Positions 39,412-41,399 of a DNA stretch of 41,399 nucleotides are shown here, piece after piece. The translations under genes were made by a program, and so were the position numbers. The first letter of the stretch is position 1. Each line of letters begins with the position of its first letter. The stretch lies in the IMG/VR virus record IMGVR_UViG_3300030613_000006; one strand, 5' to 3'. This stretch comes from a virus. The notes beneath the pieces are model-generated. The model was given only the letters and a program-made list of their open reading frames with translations. It made no database searches and was not told the origin of the DNA.

Positions 39412-40164
39412 TTATTCGTTATGTTTAATTCGACCTTCTTGTGCCGCTTTACTTATCTCGGATTTCAGGTCAAAGCGTTCTTGGGGTGTCATATTTTGGA
39501 TTTCTGACCCCTTGAATACCCGACCAGTCCCAGAAGCGACTTGTGTTCCTGAATCTATATGCTTTGGTAAGCGGGATTCAGGCTCTTTGGTTTCAGGTTC
39601 TTTTTTACTTAGCCCCCGAATAACCAAATCTTTTGCCATGATTTGCATTTCCTCATATGTTCGGCATCCGAGCAACTCCTCTGGGTCAATCTCTAGCCCA
39701 TAGTTGGTCTTTATTTCCCTCGCTGTTTTTGTGGCATCTCGGAATTGCAGACCACTTCTAGCTTCTGATTCGTACGCTTCCCATTTCCGTTTCTCATCTT
39801 TGAGTTTGGTGGCCTCGGCCTCATATTGTGCGTAAAGTGTTTGTAGTCTTTTGGCTTCGGGTAAGTCCTCTAGCCCAGAAAACATTTGACGGTCACGCTC
39901 CAACTTGATTTGATGTAGCGAGTCCTCAAGTTCCTGAATCCTTTGAGTTGTTTCCCGGAGTTCACCTTCGGCTGCTTGCGCCCTACGCTCTGAGTCCTTC
40001 CACTTCCTCTCGATGGTTGCTTTGGACTTGCCTACGGCAATATCAATGAGTCGTTGCTGCTCGTCGACTACAGTTTTGGACTTCTCCCCTTCAGTTCCCT
40101 CTTGAGTTCTGGCCTCGCCTGATTCCTGAGAAGATTCTGTTTTCTCCAGTAAGTCATCAGCCAT
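39412..40164 (-). CDS. Scaffolding protein (putative)
   Basis: 250 aa, highly charged (E/K/R-rich), predicted coiled coil. Lies directly upstream of the capsid gene. ACGGAGG RBS. Confidence 0.65.
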   Translation of the reverse strand: MADDLLEKTESSQESGEARTQEGTEGEKSKTVVDEQQRLIDIAVGKSKATIERKWKDSERRAQAAEGELRETTQRIQELEDSLHQIKLERDRQMFSGLEDLPEAKRLQTLYAQYEAEATKLKDEKRKWEAYESEARSGLQFRDATKTAREIKTNYGLEIDPEELLGCRTYEEMQIMAKDLVIRGLSKKEPETKEPESRLPKHIDSGTQVASGTGRVFKGSEIQNMTPQERFDLKSEISKAAQEGRIKHNE

Positions 40165-40230
40165 TTTGTAAAACCTCCGTTTTGTTTTTTATCCAATTAA
40201 AAAAGCTCACACAAGCGAGCCTGTAATTAC

Positions 40231-41399
40231 CTATCTCCCTGGTAATGGTTTTGACGGTGCCTTGTAACCTACGGGATTAAAAGTAGTCCTTTTTGTGGTT
40301 TTCTTCGGTTGGTTTGGCTCATAAGTCATAACAGTCGCCCCAAAGAAAGCCAGTGTGCCATAAGCCATACCGGCGGCAAGCCCGTGCTCATTAACGGCAT
40401 CTATCGTATCTTGTAGAGCCATCGGTGTTAATCTTTTGTAGGCTTCTTTACCTATGCCTTCAGGTGTCCATATAATAGGATTCCCAACAGCATCCTGCCC
40501 GCTCCAAACATCCCTGACTAACGAAAGACTAGGGGCAAATTTCATTTCCCCAAACCTAGTGAGTAGTCCCCACCTCCCACCATACGGCCATTCGTCAAGC
40601 GAAACAACCTTGCCATCTGCAGTCATCTTTCGATTCGTAAGCAGTTGTGCTATAAGTCGTATATAAGGAACAAAACCACCCGAAAAATCCGCCCTTGTAT
40701 TCCCCATCTTTATCCTACCGAAGTCAGTCGAAATGGGATTAAAGTCAACTGAAATTTTATCCTTACCAAAGGCTTGTTGCGCAGAATAAGCTAGTCCGAG
40801 TAGTGTAGCATTGCCCGCCACAAAAGCAACAATGTTTCTAGTCATCTCCTTGGCAATAGGTCTGTATGCGGGATTCTTTAAACACTGAATATAGGTGAGG
40901 GGTAGTTGTACTCTAGCCAACTGCAGCCGAGGAGAAAACAAGAACGAGTTAAATACAGGCAATGCTTGTCTAATTGCTTCCCAATCTCCCCGTCCCGTCA
41001 GTTGCCCAACAACTCTGCCCCACATCCTTATAAAATCATCGTCTACATTAACACCCGCCCTAACCCATTTATCAAGACAACTCGACCCAACATCAACCCT
41101 GGCCTTATTCAAAAGGTTCACATATCCTGCTTCTGACCACCTTACAAACGGTATATTAGCAGCGAACTTACTGGCATAGGTTTCCTCTCGTTTTAATAAC
41201 TTCCCGCCAGCGGCAGACCTTTCCGTGATAGGCCAACCGAGATCAACCATTTGGTCATACCACGGCATGCCCTCTATTGACGCCTCAACTTCCTTTGTCC
41301 AATTATTCTTGCGTATTTCCTTCGTGCTGCCAGATTTCTTTAGAAGATAGTTTGCTACCCCTGCAAAATCATTCCACGCTTCGCCAAAGAAGGGTTTTA
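40231..41399 (-). CDS. 3' part of the same 877-aa wrap-around ORF (41273-41399 duplicates 1-127)
   Basis: The track ORF 40231..41268 starts at an internal Met. Codons 41269-41399 upstream are open (..KPFFGEAWNDFAGVANYLLKKSGSTKEIRKNNWTKEVEASIEG-MPWYDQ). 1592 + 1042 nt = 878 codons. Two hydrophobic stretches lie near the C-terminus (NIVAFVAGNATLLGLAY, GLAAGMAYGTLAFFGATVM). Confidence 0.8.
   Translation of the reverse strand, partial: KPFFGEAWNDFAGVANYLLKKSGSTKEIRKNNWTKEVEASIEGMPWYDQMVDLGWPITERSAAGGKLLKREETYASKFAANIPFVRWSEAGYVNLLNKARVDVGSSCLDKWVRAGVNVDDDFIRMWGRVVGQLTGRGDWEAIRQALPVFNSFLFSPRLQLARVQLPLTYIQCLKNPAYRPIAKEMTRNIVAFVAGNATLLGLAYSAQQAFGKDKISVDFNPISTDFGRIKMGNTRADFSGGFVPYIRLIAQLLTNRKMTADGKVVSLDEWPYGGRWGLLTRFGEMKFAPSLSLVRDVWSGQDAVGNPIIWTPEGIGKEAYKRLTPMALQDTIDAVNEHGLAAGMAYGTLAFFGATVMTYEPNQPKKTTKRTTFNPVGYKAPSKPLPGR
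41273..41399. repeat. Terminal overlap, copy B (identical to 1-127)
   Basis: Same comparison as copy A. Position 41272 joins position 1 in frame for the minus-strand ORF. Confidence 0.95.

Noticed and set aside
40199-40222. Possible terminator between the 877-aa gene and the scaffold gene (GCTC...GAGC followed by T6 on the minus strand)
   Set aside because: The stem is only 4 bp, too weak to call. At most it is a partial attenuator.

Overview
The window is a complete, circularly permuted dsDNA tailed-phage genome. Its two ends are the same 127 bp (1-127 = 41273-41399), so the unique length is 41272 bp. Two arms diverge from a ~320-bp control region (9051-9369) and converge at 26681-26773.

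(1) Minus-strand late/structural arm (9038 down to 1, wrapping to 41272 down to 26774): a small possible regulator, TerS, TerL, several tiny ORFs, portal, two large uncharacterised virion ORFs (588 aa and a wrap-around 877 aa), scaffold, major capsid, a GT-A/LicD fusion enzyme, a 323-aa beta-helix protein, two Zn-finger mini-proteins, tandem paralogs, adaptor/nozzle-sized ORFs, an FN3-containing fibre, a 1079-aa beta-helix tailspike and an XhlA-like membrane protein.

(2) Plus-strand early/middle arm (9370 to 26680): many small Zn-ribbon ORFs, YopX, two proteins with near-perfect tandem repeats, a PD-(D/E)XK nuclease plus a RecT-like annealing protein, a compact C5 DNA methyltransferase, a helicase-like P-loop ATPase, a metallophosphoesterase, a membrane/lipoprotein cluster with two transglutaminase-like paralogs, and a RuvC-like resolvase.

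I did not recognise an integrase, repressor, DNA polymerase, tRNA, CRISPR array, reverse transcriptase, tape measure, tube or sheath. That suggests a short-tailed, probably virulent phage of a bacterium that uses strong GGAGG ribosome-binding sites.

Most interesting observations:
- Two paralogous gene slots with conserved 5' and 3' flanks but different cargo (C5 methyltransferase versus a 64-aa membrane protein).
- A 19-bp direct repeat bracketing a hendecad-repeat protein gene.
- A ~450-nt G+C-rich, stem-rich noncoding block after the helicase gene (candidate large structured RNA or origin).
- An iteron-like 9-mer array upstream of the methyltransferase/helicase pair.
- Twin 17-bp palindromic operators.
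- A GT-A/LicD fusion inside the capsid module.
- An envelope-targeted transglutaminase-like pair where a canonical endolysin would be expected.

All functional calls rest on motif recognition by eye and on gene order. No database search was possible.
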